NCBI GenBank assembly: GCA_963674825.1
Contig: OY771587.1
Coordinates: forward strand, 3,616,001 to 3,680,000
Origin: Candidatus Cloacimonadales bacterium
Lineage (GTDB): Bacteria; Cloacimonadota; Cloacimonadia; Cloacimonadales; JAIOQZ01
DNA length: 64,000 bases
Reading direction: 5' to 3'
In this document: in pieces, positions 9,114 to 20,143 of the stretch
Numbering within the stretch: the stretch's first letter is position 1
Layout of the letters: each line of letters opens with the position of its first letter
Made by a program: the position numbers and the translations under genes
Notes under the pieces: generated by a model
Seen by the model: the letters and a program-made list of their open reading frames with translations, nothing else
What the model was told of the DNA's origin: nothing
The model's database searches: none

Positions 9114-11462
9114 TTATTTCATCATCATCATCTTGCGATACAACGTCTTGCCGGAGTAGCTCATCCGGCAAATATAGACACCACTGCTGACGGTTGTTTG
9201 TCGATTATTGCGTCCGTCCCACACGATTTCGTGATCCCCGGCTTGATAGGTGATGCCGCCGAGGTCGCGTATCTTTTGACCGCGCATGTTGTAGATTGCG
9301 ATCTTGACGGTAGAGGTTGTTGGTATTGTGAAGCGGATGGTGGTACTCGGATTGAACGGATTCGGGTAGTTTGTCAATCCTGATTCGTATGGTGGGATAT
9401 CTTCTTCGGCGACAGGATAGGGATCGTACTCGTAGCACCCTATATCGATACGGGCGGTGCCGTCCTGATTTCCGTCTATGACGCGGTCGTGATAGATTAG
9501 GTCGTAGATGGGGAGATACATCCCAGTCGTATCCGCTCTACCTGCATCAATGCTGAAATCGCCTTCCGGTAAACGATAGGGAAACAAGTCCTCGGGATTG
9601 TATTCTGCCCATTCAGGTGGTTCGTTGATGTTACCTTCGCCCCAGACAACTTCGTAATTCAGCGGGTCGGGATTCCAGACTCCGTAAAAACCTTCCCGAA
9701 CATTACTATGATCGATCGTCAATACCGTTTGAATCGGATCGGTTGTCCAGGAGGGCAACGTGATTTGATATGGCGTAGGATTATCGAAGATACAATTAGC
9801 GATATTCACCTCAGAGCCCTCAACGTTCAAAGTCGAAACCTCGGCTTCATTGTTTACAAACATACAGTTGTAAACGTCCGCACCACCTCGAGCTTGAAGC
9901 AGTACAGTTTTATCATTCGCGTCGATATTATTGTAGATCAGATTATTACGAAAGGTGAGATGCGGTTCCAGTCCTTCCCAGCTTTCAATACATATCGAAT
10001 AGCTTCCCCATTGGGCTTGCGTGGTTCCATAGCCAAACGTACAGTTTTCCACCAATGCATCTCCGTGCATACCGATTGCCAAATGAGACGTGCCAACATC
10101 GTATTCACCAGCTCCTGTCGAATGATTATCGAGAAAGCGGCAATTACGGATAATAGTCGTCTCTGCGGAAATATATGCGCCAGCAACATCATGAGCATAA
10201 TTATTTTGGATCACAGAATTCTCTAACACGAGCTTACCGACGTTGTAGTAGCCAATTGCACCTGTGTAATTTCCATTAGCACCAGTCAGTATGAGATCAC
10301 TACAAACAGTTGTTGAACAATTGAAATTCGCTACCAGCATCTCAGGAAATTGATCGTTGATCATCTTGAATCCGGATGCATAAATCTCATTCGCATAAAT
10401 TTCATTGCTTATAAAATCCATATCGTGATCATTGTATAGAGTCACTGTCTCACTGCTTTCACCCACCAGACGACAATAATCCTTTTGTACAATCGGAAGA
10501 ATCAGATTGGTAAGTTCCCTGCTATATTCACCGGCAGCAACATGTATTGTTTTAGGATTCAGGCTGTCGGAGGCAACTCTCCTCATCGCCCAGGAAATAT
10601 TCTGCAGCGGTTCATCCGGCGAGAGACCACTGTTATTATCATCTCCATTCGGAGCAACATACAGATCGTGATTCACTTCCTCCATCCAGCCGTGTAACAC
10701 ATCGTGGGTCAACTCTCCATTATCATCAAGCTGATGAAAGAAGTAGGAGAAATATTTGGTGGGAGGATTTACGGTGAATGTATCAACAATGACATGCACA
10801 TCGCTACCTGCATCCGCTATCCTGATATCACATTGGATTCCACCGTTATTGTTGTAAATGTTGCAACGATTTGTGCTATTAAATAACAAGTTTGCGTGAT
10901 AATGAGCTAATACTCCCCCTCCAATATTGGCCTGATTACTGTGAATCGAAACACCAGAGAGTAATACATTAGCTTGCGTGATATAAATTCCACCGCCAGA
11001 ATATGCTATGTTGTGTGTAACGCGGCAATTACTTACTTCTACTTCAATAATCGGTTCAATATTGTAATTAGTGCATATAAACACTCCTCCCCCAGAGAAA
11101 TTTCCACTGAAATAGTTACCGCTTCCATTTGTGATCGTGAAACCTTGTATTTTGGCATTTTGCTCATGGTCATTGATAATAAAGCAGCTCCCTGTCTGAT
11201 TCCCATTCACTATTGTCGTGCCAATATAGCCTTCATCCCCTGTAGTGAGTTCCAGGCTGGCAATCGTGATACAATGTCCGTTGAAGTTGACGTTCTCGTA
11301 GTATGTCCCGGGCCATACCAGTACAGTATCGCCATCCGCAGATGCGTTGACGGCAGATTGGATGGTTGTCCAGTCACCGGTTCCGTCCTGCTTGACGGTA
11401 AGAGTAGTTGCGAATAGAGTTATCGCTGCTGTGATAAGGATCAAGGATATCAGGTATTTCAT
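9114..11462 (-). CDS. Secreted parallel beta-helix/DUF1565-like protein with C-terminal sorting-like domain
   Basis: Signal peptide MKYLISL; TIQSAVNASADGDTVLVWPGTYYE; LYVAPNGDDNNSG; NYPNPFNPSTTI...KMMMMK. Confidence 0.85.
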   Translation of the reverse strand: MKYLISLILITAAITLFATTLTVKQDGTGDWTTIQSAVNASADGDTVLVWPGTYYENVNFNGHCITIASLELTTGDEGYIGTTIVNGNQTGSCFIINDHEQNAKIQGFTITNGSGNYFSGNFSGGGVFICTNYNIEPIIEVEVSNCRVTHNIAYSGGGIYITQANVLLSGVSIHSNQANIGGGVLAHYHANLLFNSTNRCNIYNNNGGIQCDIRIADAGSDVHVIVDTFTVNPPTKYFSYFFHQLDDNGELTHDVLHGWMEEVNHDLYVAPNGDDNNSGLSPDEPLQNISWAMRRVASDSLNPKTIHVAAGEYSRELTNLILPIVQKDYCRLVGESSETVTLYNDHDMDFISNEIYANEIYASGFKMINDQFPEMLVANFNCSTTVCSDLILTGANGNYTGAIGYYNVGKLVLENSVIQNNYAHDVAGAYISAETTIIRNCRFLDNHSTGAGEYDVGTSHLAIGMHGDALVENCTFGYGTTQAQWGSYSICIESWEGLEPHLTFRNNLIYNNIDANDKTVLLQARGGADVYNCMFVNNEAEVSTLNVEGSEVNIANCIFDNPTPYQITLPSWTTDPIQTVLTIDHSNVREGFYGVWNPDPLNYEVVWGEGNINEPPEWAEYNPEDLFPYRLPEGDFSIDAGRADTTGMYLPIYDLIYHDRVIDGNQDGTARIDIGCYEYDPYPVAEEDIPPYESGLTNYPNPFNPSTTIRFTIPTTSTVKIAIYNMRGQKIRDLGGITYQAGDHEIVWDGRNNRQTTVSSGVYICRMSYSGKTLYRKMMMMK

Positions 11463-11480
11463 ATTGGCTCCGGGTCTCAA

Positions 11481-11605
11481 CCCCTCCCTAACCCTCCCCT
11501 AAATAGGGGAGGGAATTTGGGAGAAGCAATATTCGTTTTCACCTATCGCCTTTCCCCTTTTCCTTCGACTTCGCTCAGGATGACAGGGAAAGGTCGGGAT
11601 AGGGA
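11481..11605. repeat. Composite REP-like intergenic element: two inverted CCCT-type hairpins, one carrying a nested TGTCATCCTGAGCGAAGTCGAAGGA unit (11561-11585)
   Basis: ccctcccct-aaat-aggggaggg; cctttccc...gggaaagg; nested unit 24/25 identical to 25463-25487. Confidence 0.75.
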
Positions 11606-14600
11606 TTACTTAATCATCATCATCTTCTTCACGAACGATTTATCCGACGTTTTCATACGATAGAAGTAGATTCCACTGGAAGCTTGCTTGCCATAAGAAT
11701 CTTTTCCATCCCAAACGACTTCATGGAATCCGGCTGTCAAGTTTGCATTGATCAGCTGACGGACTTTTTGTCCCTTAAGATTATAGACCGCAATCTCAAC
11801 CGGCCCGTCCTGATTGAGGGAGTACTTGATCGTCGTTGTCGGATTGAATGGGTTGGGGTAATTCTGATCCATTGCAGTCTCAGCAGGTATCATCTCTTCC
11901 GTATCCATCCCAAGATTGATGTAGTAATAGCTCTGGCGATCACTGAAATTCAGCCTGCTTCCTTCAAGCTTTCGCGTGACAGGATCGATAACGGCATAAT
12001 CTTTCACTGTTTTGCATGGCGCTCTGTCACCGTAATACAGCTCAATCTCAATGTCGTTCCCGGTCGTATCGCTGAGCACGTAGGCATTGATCTGAACCAG
12101 TGAATCGTCAACAACAGACGCGCCACAGCATTCTCCGTTGAGAAATACGGCAACCTCTTCCGGCATGGAGCGTCCCTCGCTCTCAAGTTCGACAAAGATG
12201 GACGCGTAATCTTCCTCTTTCTCGAAATCGTAATACTTCGTTTCCTTGTATCCATCATCACTTGGTACGATGTTATCGTCTCCCCAGATGAAATCGCAGT
12301 CCTGGTCGCAAACAACACGAACCATCTCGCCGTAATGAAGCGTTTTTTCCTTATCCGATTGCAACCAGCTTCCATCCGGTAGTTTGTACATTGCCCAACG
12401 TTCCGTCCGAATTTCTGTCAGATGATCGATTACGGGATCGAAAGCATTGAATACTTCCATCTCTTCCTCGAGGAAGTATCCAATCCAGTTCTCCGGATTA
12501 TTTACATTATTTTCTTCCAGATAGATACGCGTATTGGTCGGTGCCAGAAAACCGGAGCACTCAAGCGGATACGTCGAACCGTAGTCCTCGTCCATGTTCA
12601 CGATATAGCCTTGAGCGTATGTGACTTCATGGTCCAGATTTATCCAGGCACCATTGATATATTGAATCCAGCGATCCGCCGTAACACCAAACTTGATATT
12701 CTCGATTACCCGTGGTTGACCGGTGATCATATCACCGAAATAATCTTCAGCAACGTTATAGCCGGTTGTGCGCATGTCAACCACAGGGAAACATACCCAG
12801 TGAGAGTAATCCTTGCATTGCCCAAGGAATCCCTTGATTTCGGTCTGATGCGATTCAGCCGGTACCGCACCGATGTCCGGGCGTGTGCCGTCGGCATCCT
12901 TCTGTCCACCTTCGTCGTACCAGTAGGTGCCGTTCGCGTAAGGATCGCCAGCGTCGATTACAGGAGAACGGGAGGAAGATGTCCAGATGGGGGTGAAGTT
13001 ATCGTCGAGCTGGGGGTCGGTGCCCAGTATGCAATGACTACCATTGAAGGAATAAACCTCTCGATCAACTCCATAGTACAGATTGTAATCTGAATATTTT
13101 GTCGAATTTCCTTGAGAAGGAATATGGATATCTTCTCCGGTTGATCCTGTTTCAGACGAGTAGAATATGTTATTCATCATCCGATATTGCGAGTTTGGAT
13201 CGTCTTGTTGGTCTGTAATCGCAATAGAAGCCTCAATATCATCATTCATGATGAATGTGTTGTTAAGGAGGCTCATATTTACTGATGCAGTGCTGATTTC
13301 CAGCTCGATATTTTTATCATTGTAAAGCTGATAATCAACGCTATTATCAAAATCATCGTTATTGATAAAGATGTTATCCGACACATCGAAGTTGAAGTCA
13401 TTGTGATAACTAGTGCCCTGGATTCGAAGTTGAGCGCCAAGGCTTGCATCGTCCGGATCACCGTTATTTACTATAACATTACCTGTTACAGTTACATACT
13501 GGTATTGAGCTATTAAAATGGATGGTTTCCCATAAATCATGTTGAATCCCCAAACGGTATTCCTCTCGACCCGATTATTGATGAAATTGAACTCGTCCGT
13601 AACCGGCTGGTCACCCCAGAAAACAGGGGCGATTTCATTTGCTTGATTCTCGAAAAACACACAATCTTCAATCAAGATGTCGTTATCGTGGAACCGTGAG
13701 TTACTCGATGAGTTCGCAATAATCGCCGCGCCAAAACCATAATAATCCAGGTGTGAATAATTATGCGTGAAGGTTGAGCCGACTACATGAATTGGATAAG
13801 ATGTATACAGCGCTTGACTGCACTCATCAAAAACACAGTTCTCTATTGTTACTGGAATTGCTTCCGTTGATGTGTTAATGCTGTGACCTATGCGAATTCC
13901 CGATTCTCCAGGTCCTGAGAACGTGATGTTCTTGATACTCAGGCTTGAATATTCCTTGCAAACATTGATATTGAACTTTCCTTCGATAACGACATTGTCA
14001 GGATTTAGTCCCATTATTGTCATGTCCTGAAGAAAGGACGAGTTAATGTCAACATCCTCATCATAGGTACCTTCGTCAATTACGATCCGTCTTACTCCAC
14101 TATAGTAATAGTGAGCATAATTTACAGCTTCCTGAATGGAACGGAATGCATCAACTTCAGGATCTTGAGATACGATTGCATTTTCACTTGTTGCAATATC
14201 GAAGGATAAAAGCTCATCAAACTCGTAATCCATGGCATTATATGGCATGCTTACGGTTGTAGCAGATGTATCTCCATTAAATGAAAATCCATAAGTACAA
14301 TCCTGAACTATTCTGTTTGGTATTTCAAAATACCCAGATTCAGAAACAGCAATCTCGCCCATAGCTTGCCCATTCACGGTATACGATAAAGTTGGAAAAG
14401 CATTTGTGTAACCGCTGATCGTGTTCAGAACACGGTACTCGTCATTATCCATCCAATTGTCGATATCTTCGACAGCATTGGGATTGAAAAAGGCGTGAGC
14501 ATATGACACATAAGATTCCGTACCTTGTTGTGGATAGTCTTCTACATATATTTCGTCGAACATGCTTTCAGCAATTAGTTCTGAATGGCTGGATGTGATC

Positions 14601-15862
14601 TCGCTGTAATCTGTCATCTCTCCACCCAGATGTAGAGATGATCGGGTGGGGATGAAAACAGGACTATAATAGTAGTCAATAGTTATTATCGGATATGTTA
14701 CACCTGGAATCTCAATTTCCATTGTCTCAAAACTTTTAAAACAGCGAAGTAAAGAACCGATCAAATCCGGTGCGGTTGGGTATATTGAGTCATTTTCAAA
14801 AGGGAGTACGGATCCTGGTTGTTTATCTGCTTGATCGTAGCCTGCTCCTGTTATTGGGTAAACTTGATCGAAATCATGTTGGCTATGATTGCACCAGAGT
14901 GTCCCAAAAATAACTCCGCATTCGGGGCAATAAATGCCAAGATAGGGAACAACATGGCTTATTTCAAAGATCAGACTTTCATTGTTCACATTCCCGCTGA
15001 CAGACAAGCAGCCATTTGACACAGCTACATTATGAATTCTATTTTGGTAATGCGGGTACCCATCCCCATTCAAGATTGTTATGTTGGGAGAGGTTATATC
15101 GGAATTGAGTTCGGCATATACTTCAGCATGATCGCTATTTATTATTGAGAAATCATGTGTGGCTTGCCAGTTATCGATCATCAGTTGCTTAGCGGCCATT
15201 GATCCGAGCTCATCATTTGCCTCTTGAATATCCGGGCTCCAACTTTTATGATTATCTACCCATACCTGGAAATTTCTGCTGATTATTGCTCCCCTCTGCG
15301 GAGAATCATATGAAATGAACATTTTCGTGAAATGGTCTACATAGTGCTCCTCGGCATATGCAAGGGCATATCTCGTTAGCACACCACCCATCGAAATACC
15401 GCAAACCGTTATTCCTTCAGACATGTCATAATGATTGGAGATGAACCTTAAAGCACCGAGCACAACCATCGAGTTTTCCCGTAAATCAGCTCCACCATCA
15501 TTGAAATTGAGGAAGTAGAAATCGCTTTCTGAAGTGATCAAGTCTTCGAAGAATGCTGGAGCAAGATCGGTATAATCCTGTACGTTACTTTCGTTGCCTG
15601 GATCGAAACCTTCAACAACCAGCATCGGGCGTTTAATCATTAATGCAGCACCAGGAAAAGAATATAACGTGTTCCCCTGTGAGTTATCATATACATTGGC
15701 ATTATACGTTGTTCCTTGAATCTCAATCGAATACGAGTCGGTTGATAGCTCGAAGTCTTCCTGAGCCTGATACGTCTTATCCGGTGGAAAATCGTATGAC
15801 GATAACAGGGAAATCGCGATACAAGAAATCGCTACGAGTGATATGAGTGTTTTTGCTTTCAT
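11606..15862 (-). CDS. Large secreted alpha/beta-hydrolase (lipase/esterase-like) plus beta-helix protein with C-terminal sorting-like domain
   Basis: AAGGAG RBS and MKAKTL signal peptide; VEGFDP, GISMGG (GxSxG), SYDSPQRGA; beta-helix repeats; NYPNPFNPTTTI...KMMMIK. Confidence 0.85.
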   Translation of the reverse strand: MKAKTLISLVAISCIAISLLSSYDFPPDKTYQAQEDFELSTDSYSIEIQGTTYNANVYDNSQGNTLYSFPGAALMIKRPMLVVEGFDPGNESNVQDYTDLAPAFFEDLITSESDFYFLNFNDGGADLRENSMVVLGALRFISNHYDMSEGITVCGISMGGVLTRYALAYAEEHYVDHFTKMFISYDSPQRGAIISRNFQVWVDNHKSWSPDIQEANDELGSMAAKQLMIDNWQATHDFSIINSDHAEVYAELNSDITSPNITILNGDGYPHYQNRIHNVAVSNGCLSVSGNVNNESLIFEISHVVPYLGIYCPECGVIFGTLWCNHSQHDFDQVYPITGAGYDQADKQPGSVLPFENDSIYPTAPDLIGSLLRCFKSFETMEIEIPGVTYPIITIDYYYSPVFIPTRSSLHLGGEMTDYSEITSSHSELIAESMFDEIYVEDYPQQGTESYVSYAHAFFNPNAVEDIDNWMDNDEYRVLNTISGYTNAFPTLSYTVNGQAMGEIAVSESGYFEIPNRIVQDCTYGFSFNGDTSATTVSMPYNAMDYEFDELLSFDIATSENAIVSQDPEVDAFRSIQEAVNYAHYYYSGVRRIVIDEGTYDEDVDINSSFLQDMTIMGLNPDNVVIEGKFNINVCKEYSSLSIKNITFSGPGESGIRIGHSINTSTEAIPVTIENCVFDECSQALYTSYPIHVVGSTFTHNYSHLDYYGFGAAIIANSSSNSRFHDNDILIEDCVFFENQANEIAPVFWGDQPVTDEFNFINNRVERNTVWGFNMIYGKPSILIAQYQYVTVTGNVIVNNGDPDDASLGAQLRIQGTSYHNDFNFDVSDNIFINNDDFDNSVDYQLYNDKNIELEISTASVNMSLLNNTFIMNDDIEASIAITDQQDDPNSQYRMMNNIFYSSETGSTGEDIHIPSQGNSTKYSDYNLYYGVDREVYSFNGSHCILGTDPQLDDNFTPIWTSSSRSPVIDAGDPYANGTYWYDEGGQKDADGTRPDIGAVPAESHQTEIKGFLGQCKDYSHWVCFPVVDMRTTGYNVAEDYFGDMITGQPRVIENIKFGVTADRWIQYINGAWINLDHEVTYAQGYIVNMDEDYGSTYPLECSGFLAPTNTRIYLEENNVNNPENWIGYFLEEEMEVFNAFDPVIDHLTEIRTERWAMYKLPDGSWLQSDKEKTLHYGEMVRVVCDQDCDFIWGDDNIVPSDDGYKETKYYDFEKEEDYASIFVELESEGRSMPEEVAVFLNGECCGASVVDDSLVQINAYVLSDTTGNDIEIELYYGDRAPCKTVKDYAVIDPVTRKLEGSRLNFSDRQSYYYINLGMDTEEMIPAETAMDQNYPNPFNPTTTIKYSLNQDGPVEIAVYNLKGQKVRQLINANLTAGFHEVVWDGKDSYGKQASSGIYFYRMKTSDKSFVKKMMMIK

Positions 15863-16378
15863 GATGAATCTCCTTAGTGCATTCTCTGTTTCATGACAAT
15901 TGTGTTTCCAGTCAACAGGATTATTCACGTCACCGTCCCTACATACCCTAGAATCCCTATATGCACATTTTGATCAACACGTAACCCTCCCTACATAGTG
16001 CTATGGTTGTCCTGAATCGTGTTCTGGAGGTCCCCTACAAAGGCTCCTGCTCTCCAATATTAAAGATCATTGTTAGTGCTTCAAGTCTCATTCGGCATGT
16101 ACAAACCATACTTTCTCGGTGGAATTAAGTCAAGATAATCATTGGAATGCTCTAAAAAAGAAAACGAATCACAAGAGCGGATATTTTGCTTCGTGTTATA
16201 TTTACCTGCTATAGATTAAAATCAACATGATTCACTATTCATTGGGTAAATTGGAACGAGGTACACCATGAACCACCCCGCAATTGCCATCCCCGATATC
16301 TTTCGTATTATCGACCGCAACGGCAGCGTTTACGACGTCGTATTGAAATACAACTACACCGTGCAGTCGGGAAGCTCC

Positions 16379-16405
16379 CGCACCTTCGAGTCGTGCCGGG
16401 GGCGC
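16379..16405 (+). other. Second, shorter tRNA-Arg 3' fragment (att-like)
   Basis: ttcgagtcgtgccgggggcgc at 16385-16405 is identical to 7751-7771; cgcac also shared. Confidence 0.8.
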
Positions 16406-16573
16406 TACTATTGTATCTACCACATATACGGCAACGCCCACTCATCCACACCTTGTAATTCCAATGATTGATATATATAATGTATTGACTTGAAATAAGT
16501 TGGCCGGTAAACGCAGTTCTCTCCCCCATGCGGATAGCTGTAACTGATAAAAACTATTAGTCACAGGTAATGA

Positions 16574-16678
16574 ATGAGCAAGATCGATGACGAACTCAGG
16601 AAGCTGAAGGTAAAGGACGAGGACTAGCGGATCAAGCTAGGCTACCAGCGCAACACAAAGACCGGATCCATCAAATAA
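16574..16678 (+). pseudogene. Decayed integrase 5' stub
   Basis: MSKIDDELRKLKVKDED*RIKLGYQRNTKTGSIK* aligns with the start of 7973 (MSKIDEELKKLKMRNEGKRIKLRYQRNTKTGSIS); TAG at 16625. Confidence 0.85.
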
Positions 16679-16683
16679 AATGA

Positions 16684-16717
16684 AAACGGGAGAGCGCTTT
16701 CTTGCACTCTCCCGTTT
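16684..16717. terminator. Hairpin AAACGGGAGAG/CTCTCCCGTTT downstream of 16739..18988
   Basis: 11-bp stem; T-run on the minus strand. Confidence 0.7.
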
Positions 16718-16738
16718 GTTATATAACTGTTTATCGTG

Positions 16739-18988
16739 TTATTTCAGCATCAGCATCTTTTTCACGTCGGTCATGCCGGGTGTCGAAAGCTTGTAGAGAT
16801 AAACACCGCTACCGAGTTGCTTGCCTTCGGAGTCCTTACCCTGCCAGGTTACTTGGTGATCACCGGCGTTCATCTTCTCGTCGATCAGCGTACAGACTTT
16901 CTGTCCGCGGATGTTGAATACATCGAGCTGAACATCTGAATCCTTCGGGATCGAGAAGACGATGTTGGTTTCCGGATTGAACGGATTCGGGTGGTTTTGT
17001 GCCAGCGCAAAGACAGGAACAGCTTCAGTCGGGTCATCATCAACACCAGTATCGTAGGTATAGAACGTCATGTAGCCACTGATCGCCTGCGCGTTGTTCA
17101 GACGGTGACGATTGCCGAGGAACATGACCCAGTCGTTTGTTGCTGGTACGCTGAAGGCTGCTTCGCCTTGGGTTGCATCGATGAAATCATAGAACGCTTC
17201 GAAGGTGATTCCGAGCTGATAGTAGAGGAAATTATCACTGCTTGCGGTGAAGCAATTGATGGTCCCCTGATCCTCGAGTTCTTTCCAGAACAACGGCCTT
17301 GTCCCCACTTCGTCGATATCGTCCCATGTTACTACTCCGCTGAGAACCTGATGGGTGGTCTCGAATACGATTTTCATGGAGTAATCGTCAGCCGGGTCGG
17401 TTGGAGGCTCTGTCGAGTAACTCATCGTTACAGGCATATCACCATCGATTTCTACCTGGAATTCGTACTCGCCGCCATCGACGGTGTCTTCCTGCAGAAG
17501 CGCGTATTCGCCTTCCTCTTCAGGGTAATCGCCCAGGTCTGTTTGAACCATCGCATAATAGGTACGGCCTTCACCCACGATGAATTCGTGTTGGCCGTTT
17601 TCATCGGTGAACGCGACCATATCGGCGGTGATACCGTTTTCGTTGATCGCGAGGATAATACGAGCCCCATCGATCGGATTGCCGTTTGAATCGACGACGG
17701 TAAGCAGAATAGAGCTGAGTCCTTCCGAATAACGATCGGTCACGGATGTAAGGAAGCCGTCGCTACGGATTTCAAACACTGTTCCGAATACTTTACCCCA
17801 ACCGTTTTCGTAAACAAGCGGATCGTCGATGTAGCCGTTGACTGGTTCCCACTGTCTCCAATCTTCATCCCAGTATTCGTTCCAGGTGTGATCGGTGGAC
17901 ATGGAAAGAATGCTTGTGCAAGGCACAAGCGCAGCGCGTGCTGCTGCGGCCGTGATATCGGCATGCTCGCCACAGCGACCGATATGTTTGCGGTAGATAC
18001 GCACCGGCTGATGCGGACGCTCGTTATCGGAAGTGAAATCCATCACATCCTGAATCCATTGCTGAATCGCGTGAATAGCATCGGTTTGGAAGCCGTCGTT
18101 CGCTATCATTACTCCAATTTCGGAAAGCGCTTCACTGAGACGCGGATAACCATCATCGGCATTATGGTAGAGGAAATCACGCCAGAATACGCCATCGGGT
18201 GGATCGGCAATATTGTTGATATGGGTTGTATTCGATTCAGCAAGTGCTGGGTCGATATAAGTTGGAATATCATCCGTGATCTTCGGATGCACAATGTACC
18301 AATAGTAAACATCTCTCGGCACTTCGATCGTCCAGGTGTCTCCTTCAGGATCAGCCTTCAGGTATTGAGTAGTAGAGTAATAATTATCATCTGTGGTAGA
18401 AGTACCATAATCGACAACATCAACGTACGAAAGATCTTCGTCAGTAGAGTAAATCAGTTCAGCGTTCTCTACAAAGAGTTCGGGATAAGAATATTCTGAT
18501 TCGAGGTATACGATCGATGTATGCGCTACGCAGAAGGCGATTTCATCGATATACGGATCCTCTGCATCGACAATGATCTGAGCCCAACGCTGCTGGTTCA
18601 TTGACGACATCAGACTGAATACATTGCGCAGCGGAGCAGCAAGCCAGTTCGGCGCTTTCTCGATTGCCTGAATCGAGATGTCTTCCAGCTCACCAAGCTG
18701 CGAAACAGTAATCACGGAGTTATCACTGTTTCGATACTTGAGTCCGTGGTCTGTTCCGGCGCGCAAGTATAGGTCAACACGCATCGAGTCCGTAAGCTCC
18801 CAGCCTTCGCGTTCGATGGGATATTCCATCACATTGGGTTCATCGAACTGTGGCGTGCCTGTTTGCGCTCTTTCTCCGACATATTCATTGCCGGTGAGAA
18901 GAGGCTTCGTTGTCAAACCTCGGGGATCGGCGTACGCCATGGACAAGGCCAAGGCAACGATGATCAATGAGAGAACAACTTTCTTCAT
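16739..18988 (-). CDS. Secreted transglutaminase-like domain protein with C-terminal sorting-like domain
   Basis: Signal peptide; GRCGEH...DHTWNEYW..W...E (Cys-His-acid pattern); NHPNPFNPETNI. Confidence 0.85.
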   Translation of the reverse strand: MKKVVLSLIIVALALSMAYADPRGLTTKPLLTGNEYVGERAQTGTPQFDEPNVMEYPIEREGWELTDSMRVDLYLRAGTDHGLKYRNSDNSVITVSQLGELEDISIQAIEKAPNWLAAPLRNVFSLMSSMNQQRWAQIIVDAEDPYIDEIAFCVAHTSIVYLESEYSYPELFVENAELIYSTDEDLSYVDVVDYGTSTTDDNYYSTTQYLKADPEGDTWTIEVPRDVYYWYIVHPKITDDIPTYIDPALAESNTTHINNIADPPDGVFWRDFLYHNADDGYPRLSEALSEIGVMIANDGFQTDAIHAIQQWIQDVMDFTSDNERPHQPVRIYRKHIGRCGEHADITAAAARAALVPCTSILSMSTDHTWNEYWDEDWRQWEPVNGYIDDPLVYENGWGKVFGTVFEIRSDGFLTSVTDRYSEGLSSILLTVVDSNGNPIDGARIILAINENGITADMVAFTDENGQHEFIVGEGRTYYAMVQTDLGDYPEEEGEYALLQEDTVDGGEYEFQVEIDGDMPVTMSYSTEPPTDPADDYSMKIVFETTHQVLSGVVTWDDIDEVGTRPLFWKELEDQGTINCFTASSDNFLYYQLGITFEAFYDFIDATQGEAAFSVPATNDWVMFLGNRHRLNNAQAISGYMTFYTYDTGVDDDPTEAVPVFALAQNHPNPFNPETNIVFSIPKDSDVQLDVFNIRGQKVCTLIDEKMNAGDHQVTWQGKDSEGKQLGSGVYLYKLSTPGMTDVKKMLMLK

Positions 18989-18997
18989 GATAACTCC

Positions 18998-20143
18998 TTA
19001 TATGGCATTGTATATTACTTCTTCAATCTGTTGAATCGTCAGTTCCACAGGATTCCCCTTCATGGAACTGGAATGCGAAGCTTTCATGGCGATCAAGCGA
19101 ATATCGGTAGGTCCGACACCGTACTGTCCAAGCGACTTGATTTTCATATGATCACCAATACTTTCCAGCCATGCCTGCAGCTTCCCGATACCGCCATCAC
19201 ATAATATCCCGGCAGCATCGTCGAACTTACACAGGAATTCGCGATTACCATCATGTTGCAGGATATCGACATTTTTCCTTATTACATGAGGAAGAAGCGC
19301 AGCGCACGCAGCACCGTGGGGTATGGAAAACATTCCTCCCAAAGGTCCTGCAATACCGTGTACCGCACCCAGTTTCGCATTGGCCAGCGCAAGTCCACTG
19401 TAAAGCGCGGCAAGCGACATATCGCTGCGCGCTTTGATATTGAGCCCATCATCGTACGTTTTCAGGAAAGATTGCGATACAAGCGATAATCCTTCCCTGC
19501 AAAGCATATTGGTGAACTGATTACTCATTGGCGTGGTATAGGCCTCCAGAAGCTGTGTGAGCGCATCCATGCCTGTATTGGCGGTAACTTCAGGCGGCAT
19601 GCTCATCGTCATCTTAGGATCGACGATCACAATTCTGGGTATCAGCTTAACATCACGCATGCTGACTTTGATCTGTTTATTGGCCGATCGGATAACTGCA
19701 TTTTTTGTAACCTCGGCTCCCGTACCGGCTGTCGTTGGCACGGCGATATAGGGCAATGGCTTTTTCTCAAGCTTCTTCCCTGCACCGATGATTTCAACGT
19801 AATCAAGAATATTTCCCGGGTTCGGAATCAGCGCAGCGAGTACCTTGCCGGCATCGATTACGCTTCCGCCTCCAACGGCGATAACCCAATCGATTTCACG
19901 CTGACGGGCAACATTGATGCAGTCTTTCAAAGTAGCATCAGTTGGTTCGGCAACCATGTTGATAAGCGTAACATGGAAGCGAAGCTGCTTGAGCATCTCC
20001 TCGATATCACCAAAGCGAAGCCTGTCTTTTCCAGTGAGTAGAAGCACCTTGGAGGGATAGTCTTTTACGAGTTCGGGGATTTGCGATATCGAACCCGCGC
20101 CGAAAATAATGTGACCTGGAGAATGATATTCGAATTCTACCAT
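18998..20143 (-). CDS. Iron-containing alcohol dehydrogenase
   Basis: [39 protein letters not shown]. Confidence 0.95.
   Translation of the reverse strand: MVEFEYHSPGHIIFGAGSISQIPELVKDYPSKVLLLTGKDRLRFGDIEEMLKQLRFHVTLINMVAEPTDATLKDCINVARQREIDWVIAVGGGSVIDAGKVLAALIPNPGNILDYVEIIGAGKKLEKKPLPYIAVPTTAGTGAEVTKNAVIRSANKQIKVSMRDVKLIPRIVIVDPKMTMSMPPEVTANTGMDALTQLLEAYTTPMSNQFTNMLCREGLSLVSQSFLKTYDDGLNIKARSDMSLAALYSGLALANAKLGAVHGIAGPLGGMFSIPHGAACAALLPHVIRKNVDILQHDGNREFLCKFDDAAGILCDGGIGKLQAWLESIGDHMKIKSLGQYGVGPTDIRLIAMKASHSSSMKGNPVELTIQQIEEVIYNAI

Noticed and set aside
16268..16471. 67-aa ORF as an intact gene
   Set aside because: Its second half reads through the tRNA fragment and att spacer; at most a truncated remnant
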